A stretch of DNA of 64,000 nucleotides from Octopus vulgaris (taxonomy: Eukaryota), in the NCBI GenBank assembly GCA_951406725.2, contig OX597815.1, positions 186,310,001 through 186,374,000 on the forward strand. Direction: 5' to 3'. The notes under the pieces are model-generated. The model was not told the origin of the DNA. It ran no database searches and saw only the letters and a program-made list of their open reading frames with translations. Both the position numbers and the translations under genes were made by a program. Within the stretch, counting starts at the first letter, position 1, and each line of letters starts with the position of its first letter. Of the stretch, positions 1-12,088 are shown in pieces.

Positions 1-545
1 CACTCTTGCGCCTAAAAATATGATTAACTTTAATTGATATTTGAATCTTATTGAATTCTCATCAGAAGTGTTAACATCAATCTGATTTTATAAATTGAAC
101 CTAAATTGAACCCTGAAAAGTTGCTGAGTTCACGGCTGAAATACATTTAACCAAATGCCTGTTCAGTCAGCGTAGTCTCAACAAAACCCAAACTGTAAAG
201 ATAGATTCACTTTGCTGAAATTTATATCTTCAACGTGGTCTCTTCCCTCGTGTTCTGGGTTTGCCATTTCTAGCAGAATATATTTCATAATATGTGAACA
301 TTATCTGTAGTTCCAATATCAGAAGTGAACTTGTAATAAATCTAAATTTCCTAACATCACTTCCCTTCTAACTTATTTTTGTGCGTAAGGTTAACAATCC
401 CATTTATCATGTTTTCTTCTTTCGTCATATATTCTGTAAATGCGACCACATACATGCGACGATGGGCTTCACATAGAAGACTACACTACATCTGGTCTTT
501 TTAATTTTCTAATATATTCCTTCAGTTAAACTTCCTTCTTCTTGT

Positions 546-988
<443 letters not shown>

Positions 989-1036
989 AAGATCATCGTT
1001 GATACTGAGAGATGTGGATGGATCGACACAAATTTA

Positions 1037-1090
1037 CAGCTTCAAGATCAAACGCCTTACGGCCAGCTTCAAGATCAAACGCCTTACGGC
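1037..1090. repeat. 27-bp perfect tandem duplication
   Basis: cagcttcaagatcaaacgccttacggc x2. Confidence 0.9.
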
Positions 1091-1320
1091 TTTTGTTTTG
1101 TTACTTTACTTCATGTGTTTAGACGCCATCGAGGTCGACTTTACCATTCATCTTTACAGAATCGATAAAAGGAAAAAAGCAGACAGGTACCGCGATGGCT
1201 ACGTGGAATAATGTCTCCCACATCTGACAGGGAATACTATAAGGTAGGGTTCTCCTCATCTCCTTGAAAGCAAAGAAAATGAAATACTTATAGAAAATAT
1301 TGCATAGAATTTGAGAAATA

Positions 1321-1531
1321 CCAGGTGCGGCAGAAATACGTTCCACATTTGGAAATGCGACAAAAGGAAAAAGAAACAATATTTATGAAAAATTAATCCT
1401 ACTGTTGTTTAAACAAAGGGTAACAGAGTTTGTTCATTAGCTAAATGAAAATAACATTGGCACTTGCATAAGTTCATTAGCAACACATAGGTGAAAGTTT
1501 AAAATGTGGGAGGTATTTCTGCCGCACCCTG
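1321..1531. mobile_element. Tc1/mariner-type MITE
   Basis: ~30-bp imperfect TIRs ccaggtgcggcagaaatacgttccacattt / aaatgtgggaggtatttctgccgcaccctg, TA on both sides. Confidence 0.85.
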
Positions 1532-1635
1532 TATTTCACCATTATAGGTGTTTATACTCCGGTGAAATTAAGAAATTAACTCGTAAAATAACCAAACTCT
1601 CGAATCCATTGCTGTACACACGCGCACGCGTGCGG

Positions 1636-1676
<41 letters not shown>

Positions 1677-1794
1677 CACACACACGCACGCACGCACACA
1701 CACACATATACACAATCGCATATCTATGTATGTATGTATTTATGTATGTTTGAAGATAATCAACCCAAATTTTCATGATTTCGAGCCACTCACC

Positions 1795-1833
1795 CAAACA
1801 CAGACACACAAACATATACACACATACATACAC

Positions 1834-1879
<46 letters not shown>

Positions 1880-2045
1880 GACGGGCTTCTTTCAGTTTCT
1901 GTCTACCAAATCCACTCACAAGGCTTTGGTTGACCCGAGGCTTTAGTAGAATACACTCACCCAAAGTGCCACGCAGTGGGACTGAACCCGGAACCATGTG
2001 GTTCGTATGCAAACTACTTACCACATAGCCACACCTATGCCTATA
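1795..2045 (-). mobile_element. tRNA-derived SINE family A, 5' half
   Basis: Reverse complement of the head of the full copies at 31193 and 38106, with internal (TA)n. Confidence 0.9.
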
Positions 2046-2399
2046 TAGTTTATATTTTTTGTCCTGTGTCACCAAATTAGACTTTTTTTCACATCAGTCC
2101 ATTTTCCCTCAATTTTTGCCCCGACAGTTGTCCTATTACATACAGTTCTATGAGACTCGGTTATGTGCTGTGCTTTACTTTTAGTAAAGTCTTCTCTATT
2201 CTATTGCGAGTGTTCTACATAATATATGCATTCTGTTTAGTAGTGTCATTTCCTGTGTGGTGCACATATATAAAATCTTTAGCTTTTACATATGTATTTC
2301 TGTGCGTGTTGTTCGATCATTATAGACAATAATTCTGGTTTCACGCTCCATATTGTGTTATCGCCTTCATACATCTGCATATATTGATATTTTTTTCCG

Positions 2400-2950
2400 T
2401 TTCTGTGAGAGATATATCAAAGCCTTTTGGGAATGATGCTTCAATTAGAAGGCATTTCCATTCTTAGTTGTCCATGACAACAATATCTGGTCGATGAACC
2501 CTAACGTCTATCCTTCCCAAACCCTTTCTCTCTCTCCCTTTTCACACGCACCCCCCCCCCACACACACACTCTCTCTCTCTCTCTCACCTCTTCTCCCTT
2601 CTTTCTGAGTGTATTGCTATAATCATGAATATTGTCGCGCTTTGTTGTTCTTTGCGCCCTTCCTGGCATATGTTTATAAGGCACCGCTTTTGTTAGTGTT
2701 TCATGATACTGGCATAATGTCTACAGTATGAAAGCCTCAAAGACACATAATTCCTATAGATGTATTCTTTCTTGGATAAAACTAGCAGCAGAGACAATAC
2801 GGTTAATTCTTCCAAAATACGAGATATTTTGAACTTAACGCATTCTGCTTCACTAAATGCTTCTATGGTTAATGCTGGAATTTTTGGATCATTCGCCGTA
2901 ATCCAGAACACTACAGATCCAGTTTTTATTGTATGCATTGACATTTGTGG
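2400..2950 (-). pseudogene. Ancient R4/Dong RLE retrotransposon relic
   Basis: Minus-strand peptides VLSKKEYIYR and HRPDIVVMDN*EWKCLLIEASFP resemble VLAKKEYIHR and NRPDIVV of the element at 34956. Confidence 0.6.
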
Positions 2951-3389
2951 GCAATAAAGAAAGGGTTTTTATTGTTGTTGTTGTTTTGTTAAACATGTAC
3001 ATTTGTGTTATTGCTATTATTATCGTACTTATTATTGCTTTGCTGTGCGACGTCTTTCTTAGTTATGCAAATATATTTAAATTATTCCTATGTGTCTTAT
3101 AGAATGAAAGATTTTCTTCTTGGAACATTTACAAACAACAAATTTAGAAAGTCGATACATTATTTCCAGTAACTGAAACAGATGAAAGAATTGTCTTACA
3201 GACAGAATTTCATTTGAATTTCTTGTTTTCAAATAGCCACCACTTCTTCCATTCTGAAAGGATCTGGAAATGCTAATAACAACGAAGGGAGTAGTGCTGG
3301 AAAATTCCTCCAGAACGTAAACAGAGACTACAAAAAGTCAAAAACGAATTTTTAAAAAAAGTGAAAACCACTTCAAAACAAAATACAAG

Positions 3390-3870
3390 CAGAGAAATAT
3401 GATGATGAAAGAAACAGATTGTATCTCAAGATGCAAATTAGTGTGAGAGAAATAAAAGTTAAAACAAGTGTTACGCATTCTCCACACACATACCCACACG
3501 GAGATGGTAAAGAGAGAAATAATAATTATGAAACTCTATAAATAAGAGAAAAGTATTAGCATGGAAGCAACGATTTTGCTAAAATGTCTGCAGTATTGAA
3601 TTTTTAGTGTAGGCAAAGTACAGTCTCAGATAGATTCATGGATAAATTATCTACAACGATTCCATTCTCTTGACTGAAAAAAATATTCTGGAGCACATAG
3701 AAACAGAACTGATCTACCATGTCTCAATCTCTGAGCCGTATCACCAATAAAGGGAAACTGTAGCAGATGCAGGGGCAAATAGAGAAATGCAATGCCTGTG
3801 GTACTTGGCATTGAATGTTCAACATTAAAAAGGTGGCACCAAGACAAGCAGAGGTCATACGTGAATCAGT
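3390..3870 (+). pseudogene. Ancient R4/Dong relic
   Basis: Degenerate peptides NRLYLK, IETELI..SQSL and NCSRC are collinear with ERLYI, AETEG..QDQSL and NCRIC of the younger Dong copy. Confidence 0.45.
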
Positions 3871-4064
3871 TGTTTATAAATTTGTGCTCTAATCCATGAT
3901 CAAACGGTGAGTCATAAGAAAGGATACAAACCTTGTATCATCTTTTCTGTACCTTCTTTGCCCAACGCACACGCCTTTTCTAAAACACCGTTCAACCGTT
4001 TTATCATTTAACCTGTAATCTATTCGGACGTTTGCAGGTAATAAAGAAAATGTTACAGTTGTTG

Positions 4065-4220
4065 TCTTCTTCCCCTTCTTCTTCTTCTTCTTCTTCCCCT
4101 TCTTCTCCTTCTTCTTCTTCTTCTTCTTCTTCTTCTTCTTCTTCTTCTTCTTCTTCTTCTTCTTCTTCTTCTTCTTCTTCTTCTTCTTCTTCTTCTTCTT
4201 CTTCTTCTTCTTCTTCTTCT
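4065..4220. repeat. (TCT)n microsatellite, probably the (AAG)n tail of the adjacent minus-strand SINE
   Basis: Visible repeat abutting the SINE 3' end. Confidence 0.9.
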
Positions 4221-4698
4221 AATCAGGACTCACGCCATTAGCCCAAAAGAATAATCTCTAATTCGAGCCTACTCTAAGCTAGTAAGAATGCGTATGGCAA
4301 CTTGAAGATCCACCCATCACACGCGATAGACTGGCAGATGCACGGGCGTGAAAGCTACGTTGTTATCCTCATTCCGCAAACGGTGGCCTTTAACGGGTGG
4401 AGAGTTGAACCACCCTGGGGTACAGAAGATTCGCAATCTAGACTAGGGTCAGAAAGTTTACCACACGATAGTGGGTTACACCATGGTTCCTCTGCTTTGT
4501 GGCAGAAACAGGAAGAAAGAGTGAGAGCAAGTTGTGGTGAAAGGGTACAGTGGGGTTCAACACTCACCCACCCCGCCGGAGACTCGTGGAGCTTAGGTGT
4601 TTTTGCTCAATAAACACTCACAATGCCCGGTCTGGGAATCGAAACCACGTTCTCACGACCGCGAGTCCGCTGCCCTAACCTCTGGGCCATTGCGCCTC
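4221..4698 (-). mobile_element. tRNA-derived SINE family C
   Basis: tRNA-like head gaggcgcaatggcccagaggttagggcagcggactcgcgg...gtttcgattccc (A/B boxes); homologous to 44140-44490, 29710-29757 and 50461-50700. Confidence 0.85.
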
Positions 4699-4749
4699 TG
4701 CTGCTGCTGCTGCTGCAGCTGTTGTTGTTGTTGTCGTCGTCGTCGTCAA

Positions 4750-4965
4750 GGCAGCGAGCTGGCTGGATCGTTACCGCGCCGGAAAACATTCTTAGTAGCA
4801 TTTCTTCCTAATTTACGATTCCGAGATCAAATACCACGGGGATCGACCGTGCCTTTCACCTTTCTGGAACCAATAAAATAAACACAGGTGATCACTGGGA
4901 TCGATGTTATCGACTTGAACCTTCCTTCAAAATTACTGGCCTCCTGCCACTATTTGAAACCGTTA
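4750..4965 (+). mobile_element. Diverged SINE family B-like copy
   Basis: ggcagcgagctgg head and gatcgaccgtgcctttcacc core similar to family B. Confidence 0.65.
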
Positions 4966-5590
4966 TTTTCATTATAATTTCCAGTTATTCCGTAATAGTT
5001 GCAGCGTTGCAGTTTGGGGTTATTGTTTTATTTTTGCTGTTCTTCCATTTATTATTACCTTTATTCTTTCTTGAATACTGAATGATTCCCCTGCAGCAAT
5101 AGCTGCACCAAGCTTGTATTCCTCACCTGTATGCAGCATTAATTTTCTCAGACGCTTCGATAACAGCTAATTAGCGCTGTAAATTTGTGTGAGTGTGCCA
5201 TGGTCATTAACGGTCATTATTGCGTTAGTTTTCGTCTTGCTCGTAGTCTCGTTTCAAAGCTGAGTTATGGTATTCGTAATGCGTGGCATACACATGGCAA
5301 CCGGAGTCAGAGGAAACTCGTGGTGTTCTGTGTCGGCAAACATTTAGTGAAACGGAAAAAAAAAGATTTGTGATTTACTGAAGCTTTCACTTCGTTAAAG
5401 CGAATAACAATTCTATGTGGAAACAGTCGAAACGTGAAATGGATTACGAGGTAAAGTAAGAGAGAAAAAGGCAAGTTGCTCAGCGTCTGAATAACAATGC
5501 GAAGGACATTGCTGATTTGTACAGATGTCAAAATACAATGACATAGACCGAGAAATAGTCTATATATGTGTGGGGGTCTACGTGTGTGTG

Positions 5591-5639
<49 letters not shown>

Positions 5640-5683
5640 GAGAAGAGTTAGAAAGGAAGAGAGAGAGATTTGCATATATATAC

Positions 5684-5740
<57 letters not shown>

Positions 5741-5788
5741 GAGAAGAGTTAGAAAGGAAGAGAGAGAGATTTGCATATATATATACAT

Positions 5789-5845
<57 letters not shown>

Positions 5846-5868
5846 TATGTATATGTATATATATGCAA

Positions 5869-6042
5869 ATCTCTAATTTGCACATGAATTTGCTGCCGAC
5901 TATAACTGCGCTTGCGCGGGGGATTTGAATGATTATAATGTATAAAGATGAGACATGTGTTCTCTATTTGTCAAGGACGGGTAGAATTCCTGAAATCCAC
6001 GGACGAGTTCCCTCTAGCGGTCCTTGTCCCTTATCATCGCTG

Positions 6043-6076
<34 letters not shown>

Positions 6077-6160
6077 GATCGCTAGCCACTACACATACAC
6101 ATTCTTTATTTTCTCTCCTTGTTTCTTTCTGTGTTTCTTTCTGTGGAATATATATATTCT

Positions 6161-6227
<67 letters not shown>

Positions 6228-6401
6228 AGAATTCACAAAAAAAAAAGACGAAGACAGGTGATGTAGACAACAAATAGATGTATTAGTATAACGCTCGAGA
6301 AGTGAAAAAGTCTTTAACATTTCGAGCCTTCGCTCTTCCACAGAAAGGAACACAGAAAGAAACAAGGAGAGAAAATAAAGAATGTGTAGTGGCTAGCGAT
6401 C

Positions 6402-6484
<83 letters not shown>

Positions 6485-6815
6485 TATATGTATATATATA
6501 TATGTACAGCAGCAATGATAAGGGACAAGGACCGCTAGAGGGAACTCGTCCGTGGATTTCAGGAATTCTACCCGTCCTTGACAAATAGAGAGCACATGTC
6601 TCATCTTTATACATTATAATCATTCAAATCCACCGCGCAAGCGCAGTTATAGTCGGCAGCAAATAAAAAGTTCATGTGCTGATTTTCTTCAAAATTACTA
6701 GGATAGTATTTAGAAAATTTATATAGGGTATAGAAATTAGAGATTTTTCTACCAGTGGCTAGCATGCATAAAATAGTCAATAGACAACATATTTTTCATA
6801 TAAATATATTTAACT
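5869..6815. repeat. Nested fold-back: outer inverted repeat (~5880-6047 / 6505-6680) enclosing an inner one (6072-6148 / 6336-6407), separated by (TA)n
   Basis: Arms are near-perfect reverse complements (mirrored ORFs 5929+ and 6393-). Confidence 0.92.
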
Positions 6816-7024
6816 TCAAGTGTATACATATATACATGTGTGCGTGTTTGTGTGTGCTTTAATAAACATCAGTCTACTTCTTTACAGCGCTACAAATACT
6901 ATACTTGTTTTATAACTCTTTGCATGAAGCGTTTATTCTCGTCTCAGCATTTAATATTAAAGTAAATTAGCTTTCACTGGAAGAAGTGGTGTTTGTAACG
7001 AATATAATAATAATAATGATGATG

Positions 7025-7097
<73 letters not shown>

Positions 7098-7114
7098 TGA
7101 TAATAATAATAATA

Positions 7115-7528
7115 AACACCATACCTAAATTGGTTGTGTTGCTTAGATCGCCTGAAACTGCTGTTAACATCCAGACATATTCTATCATGTTGACGACAGG
7201 TGCTAATTAAGCGCCAGCTATATCGGCAGACGAAATGGTCGTTTGCACCGATGGATGGCACTACCATATCACCTGATTTAACCTTTTGATGCAGATCAAT
7301 ATTATATTGTATCAGTTCGACTGATTTTCGTGGTGGCATTCGGTGCGGAATTGCTTGCCGCCGATGATCTGTAGAACAGTGAAATGACCGGTGCAGACGA
7401 TCAATTATCTATAGTCGGTGCTTAATTAGCAAGTGTCGTCAAAGGTAAGACTGTAGTTCTGGACTTTGGAGTCTTAACAGCAGTTGAAGGCGATCTAAGC
7501 AGCACGTTCAGTTTAGGATGGACGTGTT
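7115..7528 (+). repeat. Long imperfect inverted repeat / rod-like hairpin next to (TAA)n
   Basis: tgcttagatcgcct / aggcgatctaagca, aactgctgttaa / ttaacagcagtt, ttgacgaca / tgtcgtcaa and tgctaattaagc / gcttaattagca pair in register. Confidence 0.9.
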
Positions 7529-7802
7529 AATTATTAGGTGTTAAACCAGGTTTACAATTAATATCGTTTCATGTTTCTTATTAAAGCACCTCAGTAAACT
7601 GAGCTCGTAATTTGTTTTAATGAAGGATTAGATTATGGCTTAAATAGCGATAACACTTGTATTATGTGATGGATTATGCTCTAATTTATATATTTATGAA
7701 TTTTTTTCTATTTTCATATTTGTTTTTCAACGATTGCTCAATCCATGTGAACTTAGTTTCTGCAGCTTGTGCTGTCTCTCATTCATAGCTTATAACATCG
7801 TA

Positions 7803-7857
<55 letters not shown>

Positions 7858-8112
7858 AAAATAGTAAAGTATATATATAAAATGTTTGGAGATATTGGAA
7901 AAATTTTTTTCCTTTCCTTATATAATTTTATTTTTAAAGAAATACCGGTTTCGCGTGTATAAATTTCTTGTGACGTTATGTTTATATTGCATGGAGTTAT
8001 CGTTGTGTTTATTAACAGGAGATTTCTAAATAAGGGGAGGTAGTGAGTGATTTCTTCCGGTGTAAGGGAGATAATCGCTTAAAAATTTTTTTTTTTTTTT
8101 TCCTTTTCCTTG

Positions 8113-9448
8113 TTAATTTCTCTGTGTCAGTATGTTCGGATGGTTGAGTCTGGGTTTGTACTTTTCAATGAAGAATGTTTCCTTGTTCAGTCTCATTTGT
8201 GTTGATGATCCGAAAGCACATTGGTAAAATGGGAAGATTAAAAATTGTGGCAGTATTTGCTTTGCGCATTTCTCAATGTGCTCACTAAAAGGTATCATTC
8301 TATATTCTGGGAATGCAATCTGTTGTCGATGCAGTGTGCATCTACGCCTGAGTGATAGTCCCGTTGAACCCACGTAGTCTTGGTGGCAGCCCGAGCATTT
8401 AATAACATAAATTATGTTTTCAGAGGCACAAGTAAAGTTAGATTTGATCTTGAATTTCTGTCCCTCTTTAAAGAAGAATTCTGATCCTTCCAATAGGTTA
8501 GGACATGTTGCACAGTTCGATCTACAACATTTTTTTACTTTTGCATCCGTAATTTTAGAAGACAATTTTGCCTTTGTGAGAATCTTTTTAAGTGATTTAG
8601 GCTGTTTGTAGCTTTTAATGATTTGGTGTATGTTTAGAATTTCCTTTAATTTTGGGTTTTTATGAAGTATTGGTAAATTCTGGGTGATGATGGTGAAGGC
8701 TTCTTTGTTTCTGGGGTTGTATGTAGATATGTAAGGTAGTATTTTCGGGGAAGGTGTGTTGTTGTGTTGAACTTTTCTTAAAGTTTCTATGTTGATTTCT
8801 GTTGCACGTCTGATCCCATCCTCTATGAGTTGAGCTGGGTAATGTCTATCAATTAGGGTGTTTTTGAGTTCTTGCAGTCTAAAGTTCCTGGTATTTTGTT
8901 CTGACACTATTGTGCATATCCTTCTTGCAAGGTTGAAGGGGATGTTTGTTTTAGTGTGTCTTGGGTGGCATGAATTAAAAGAAGGTATTGTTTGGCGTCT
9001 GTGGCTTTGTAAAAAATGTCTGTTTCTATTTTAAGGTTAATTTTTTTAATTAGTATATCCAAGAACGGGAGCTCCTTTTGGTTGTATTCCATTGTGAACT
9101 GTATATTTGGGTTTATGCTGTTCAATAGGTTTTTAAATTTTAGGAGTTTATCTATGTTTTCATTCCAGAGAATGAAACAATCGTCTAGGAATCGTTTCCA
9201 ATTCTCTTTTATGTATTGAGAGAGGGAGTTTCCAAAGATTGATAGAGATTCCTGGTAAATGATTATTTCCATGTATCCCATTGTTAAGTTCGCAATGACT
9301 GGTGCTGCCCTTGTACCCATAGCAATTCCGGATTTTTGACGGTAAAATGTATTGTCAAACATGAAGTGGTTATTGTGTAGGATGAATTCAATTGATTTAG
9401 TAATGAATTCCTTACTGATCCTTTTTGGTATTTCTTCCGGAAATTGGT
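8113..9448 (-). pseudogene. Inverted copy of the PLE RT/GIY-YIG ORF (frameshift near 8978)
   Basis: ORFs 8907-9362 and 8113-8907 encode peptides nearly identical to 10205-11455. Confidence 0.93.
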
Positions 9449-10000
9449 GTCCCTGGTCCCTGGCTAAAAAATGTTGGGTGTAATTTTGTTTGTATGAGTT
9501 GTCTGTGAGGTTGTGTGGTATTTGGTCGGGGGAGTGATGGTATTGTTGCCTCCGATCGTTGTGTGTGTGGGAATCTATGGTTGTTAATGCTTGTGGTGTG
9601 TGTAAAATTTCTGTATGGGAAATATTTTTATTTCGAACTTCTTGTATGTGGGATGTTGCTTGACATAGTGTTTCTTTGCGTTTGTCTTGTGTTTAGTGGG
9701 GACCAGTAGTTTTGGTTCATGGGGTAGTAGTGATTTGTGTGTGGTGTATTTCTTATCCTAGTGTCGTATTGTGCTGTATGGTGGTTGGGTCTGGTATTAG
9801 GATGTTGTTGGTTTGTTCTGTTTTTGGTGTAATTTCTTTCATAGACGCGTCCTCTGTCAGCTAGTTCCCTGTTAAGTCTAGCGTGGTTTGTAAAGGTTGG
9901 TTGTGGGTGATTTCTGTTTTTAGTGTATGGAGGATAGTTGGGGGTTGTTCGTGGGTTGTTAGGTTTTTCTTTTTTATTTATTGTAATTTTCTTAAGGAAG
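9449..10000 (-). other. Spacer of the PLE inversion; probable low-complexity N-terminal coding region of the element
   Basis: Asn/Thr/Pro/His-rich minus-strand ORF 9628-10050 with the same A/C-rich strand bias as the RT; assignment to the element is inference. Confidence 0.5.
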
Positions 10001-10007
10001 GGATTAT

Positions 10008-11455
10008 TTGTACCCCAAAAAAACCAAGGAAGAAACAATCCTGGTTTCATTTGATGTAGTCAACTTGTATACCAGTATACCTCATAATTATGGACTGGAG
10101 GCAATACAGTTCTGGTTAGACCAATTTCCGGAAGAAATACCAAAAGGATCAGTAAGGAATTCATTACTAAATCAATTGAATTCATCCTACACAATAACCA
10201 CTTCATGTTTGACAATACATTTTACCGTCAAAAATCCGGAATTGCTATGGGTACAAGGGCAGCACCAGTCATTGCGAACTTAACAATGGGATACATGGAA
10301 ATAATCATTTACCAGGAATCTCTATCAATCTTTGGAAACTCCCTCTCTCAATACATAAAAGAGAATTGGAAACGATTCCTAGACGATTGTTTCATTCTCT
10401 GGAATGAAAACATAGATAAACTCCTAAAATTTAAAAACCTATTGAACAGCATAAACCCAAATATACAGTTCACAATGGAATACAACCAAAAGGAGCTCCC
10501 GTTCTTGGATATACTAATTAAAAAAATTAACCTTAAAATAGAAACAGACATTTTTTACAAAGCCACAGACGCCAAACAATACCTTCTTTTTAATTCATGC
10601 CACCCAAGACACACTAAAACAAACATCCCCTTCAACCTTGCAAGAAGGATATGCACAATAGTGTCAGAACAAAATACCAGGAACTTTAGACTGCAAGAAC
10701 TCAAAAACACCCTAATTGATAGACATTACCCAGCTCAACTCATAGAGGATGGGATCAGACGTGCAACAGAAATCAACATAGAAACTTTAAGAAAAGTTCA
10801 ACACAACAACACACCTTCCCCGAAAATACTACCTTACATATCTACATACAACCCCAGAAACAAAGAAGCCTTCACCATCATCACCCAGAATTTACCAATA
10901 CTTCATAAAAACCCAAAATTAAAGGAAATTCTAAACATACACCAAATCATTAAAAGCTACAAACAGCCTAAATCACTTAAAAAGATTCTCACAAAGGCAA
11001 AATTGTCTTCTAAAATTACGGATGCAAAAGTAAAAAAATGTTGTAGATCGAACTGTGCAACATGTCCTAACCTATTGGAAGGATCAGAATTCTTCTTTAA
11101 AGAGGGACAGAAATTCAAGATCAAATCTAACTTTACTTGTGCCTCTGAAAACATAATTTATGTTATTAAATGCTCGGGCTGCCACCAAGACTACGTGGGT
11201 TCAACGGGACTATCACTCAGGCGTAGATGCACACTGCATCGACAACAGATTGCATTCCCAGAATATAGAATGATACCTTTTAGTGAGCACATTGAGAAAT
11301 GCGCAAAGCAAATACTGCCACAATTTTTAATCTTCCCATTTTACCAATGTGCTTTCAGATCATCAACACAAATGAGACTGAACAAGGAAACATTCTTCAT
11401 TGAAAAGTACAAACCCAGACTCAACCATCCGAACATACTGACACAGAGAAATTAA
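10008..11455 (+). CDS. 5'-truncated PLE reverse transcriptase + GIY-YIG endonuclease (one frameshift near 10143)
   Basis: LVSFDVVNLYTSIP, QKSGIAMGTRAAP, KRFLDDCF, LPFLD, IFYKAT, Cys linker CCRSNCATCP, NIIYVIKC..C...YVGST. Confidence 0.93.
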
Positions 11456-11598
11456 CAAGGAAAAGGAAAAAAAAAAAAAAATTTTTTAAGCGATTATCTC
11501 CCTTACACCGGAAGAAATCACTCACTATCTCCCCTTATTTAGAAATCTCCTGTTAATAAACACAACGATAACTCCATGCAATATAAACATAACGTCAC

Positions 11599-11638
11599 AA
11601 GAAATTTGAAAAGCTACACGCGAAACCGGTAATTTCTT
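11599..11638 (+). ncRNA. Minimal type I hammerhead ribozyme motif, U3-A8 core, in the PLE 3' repeat
   Basis: aagaaat TTGAAAA gc-tacac-gc GAAAC cg GTA atttctt: 7-bp stem I, 2-bp stem II, palindromic stem III. Confidence 0.8.
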
Positions 11639-11811
11639 TAAAAATTTTAAAATTATGTTATTTTAAGGAAAGGAAAAAAATTTTCCAATATTCTCCAGAC
11701 ATTTTGACACAAATATATATATTTTTTAACATTTAAGCCTTCTGTCGTTTTTTCACACTTTACTATTTTCTTATATATTCACCCACGTCCTTTACCAAAC
11801 AAACTTTCTTA

Positions 11812-11850
<39 letters not shown>

Positions 11851-12048
11851 GAGTGTATTTTACCTTGTTAACAATTAACACGGATAAATGAATGAATAGT
11901 TACCAGGGCAGCAAAATCTCACAAGATCTCGAAGAGAAGATTGCATTGTTTATACCTTTTATTCTTTTGAATAAGTATCAGTGGAATTTTTGAAACATAT
12001 GTAGAAAGAAAAAATACTTGTTTAAACCTGCGTTGACTCCATTTTTTA

Positions 12049-12088
<40 letters not shown>

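Larger units (their letters stand above)
7855..11813. mobile_element. Penelope-like element (Neptune clade), head-to-head inverted duplication in (TA)n
   Basis: 7855-9448 is the reverse complement of ~10120-11775; RT and GIY-YIG motifs; (TA)n on both flanks; unique ~35-bp 3' tail at 11779-11813. Confidence 0.95.

Noticed and set aside
4622-4698. tRNA gene
   Set aside because: tRNA-like head of a multi-copy SINE with no proper acceptor stem
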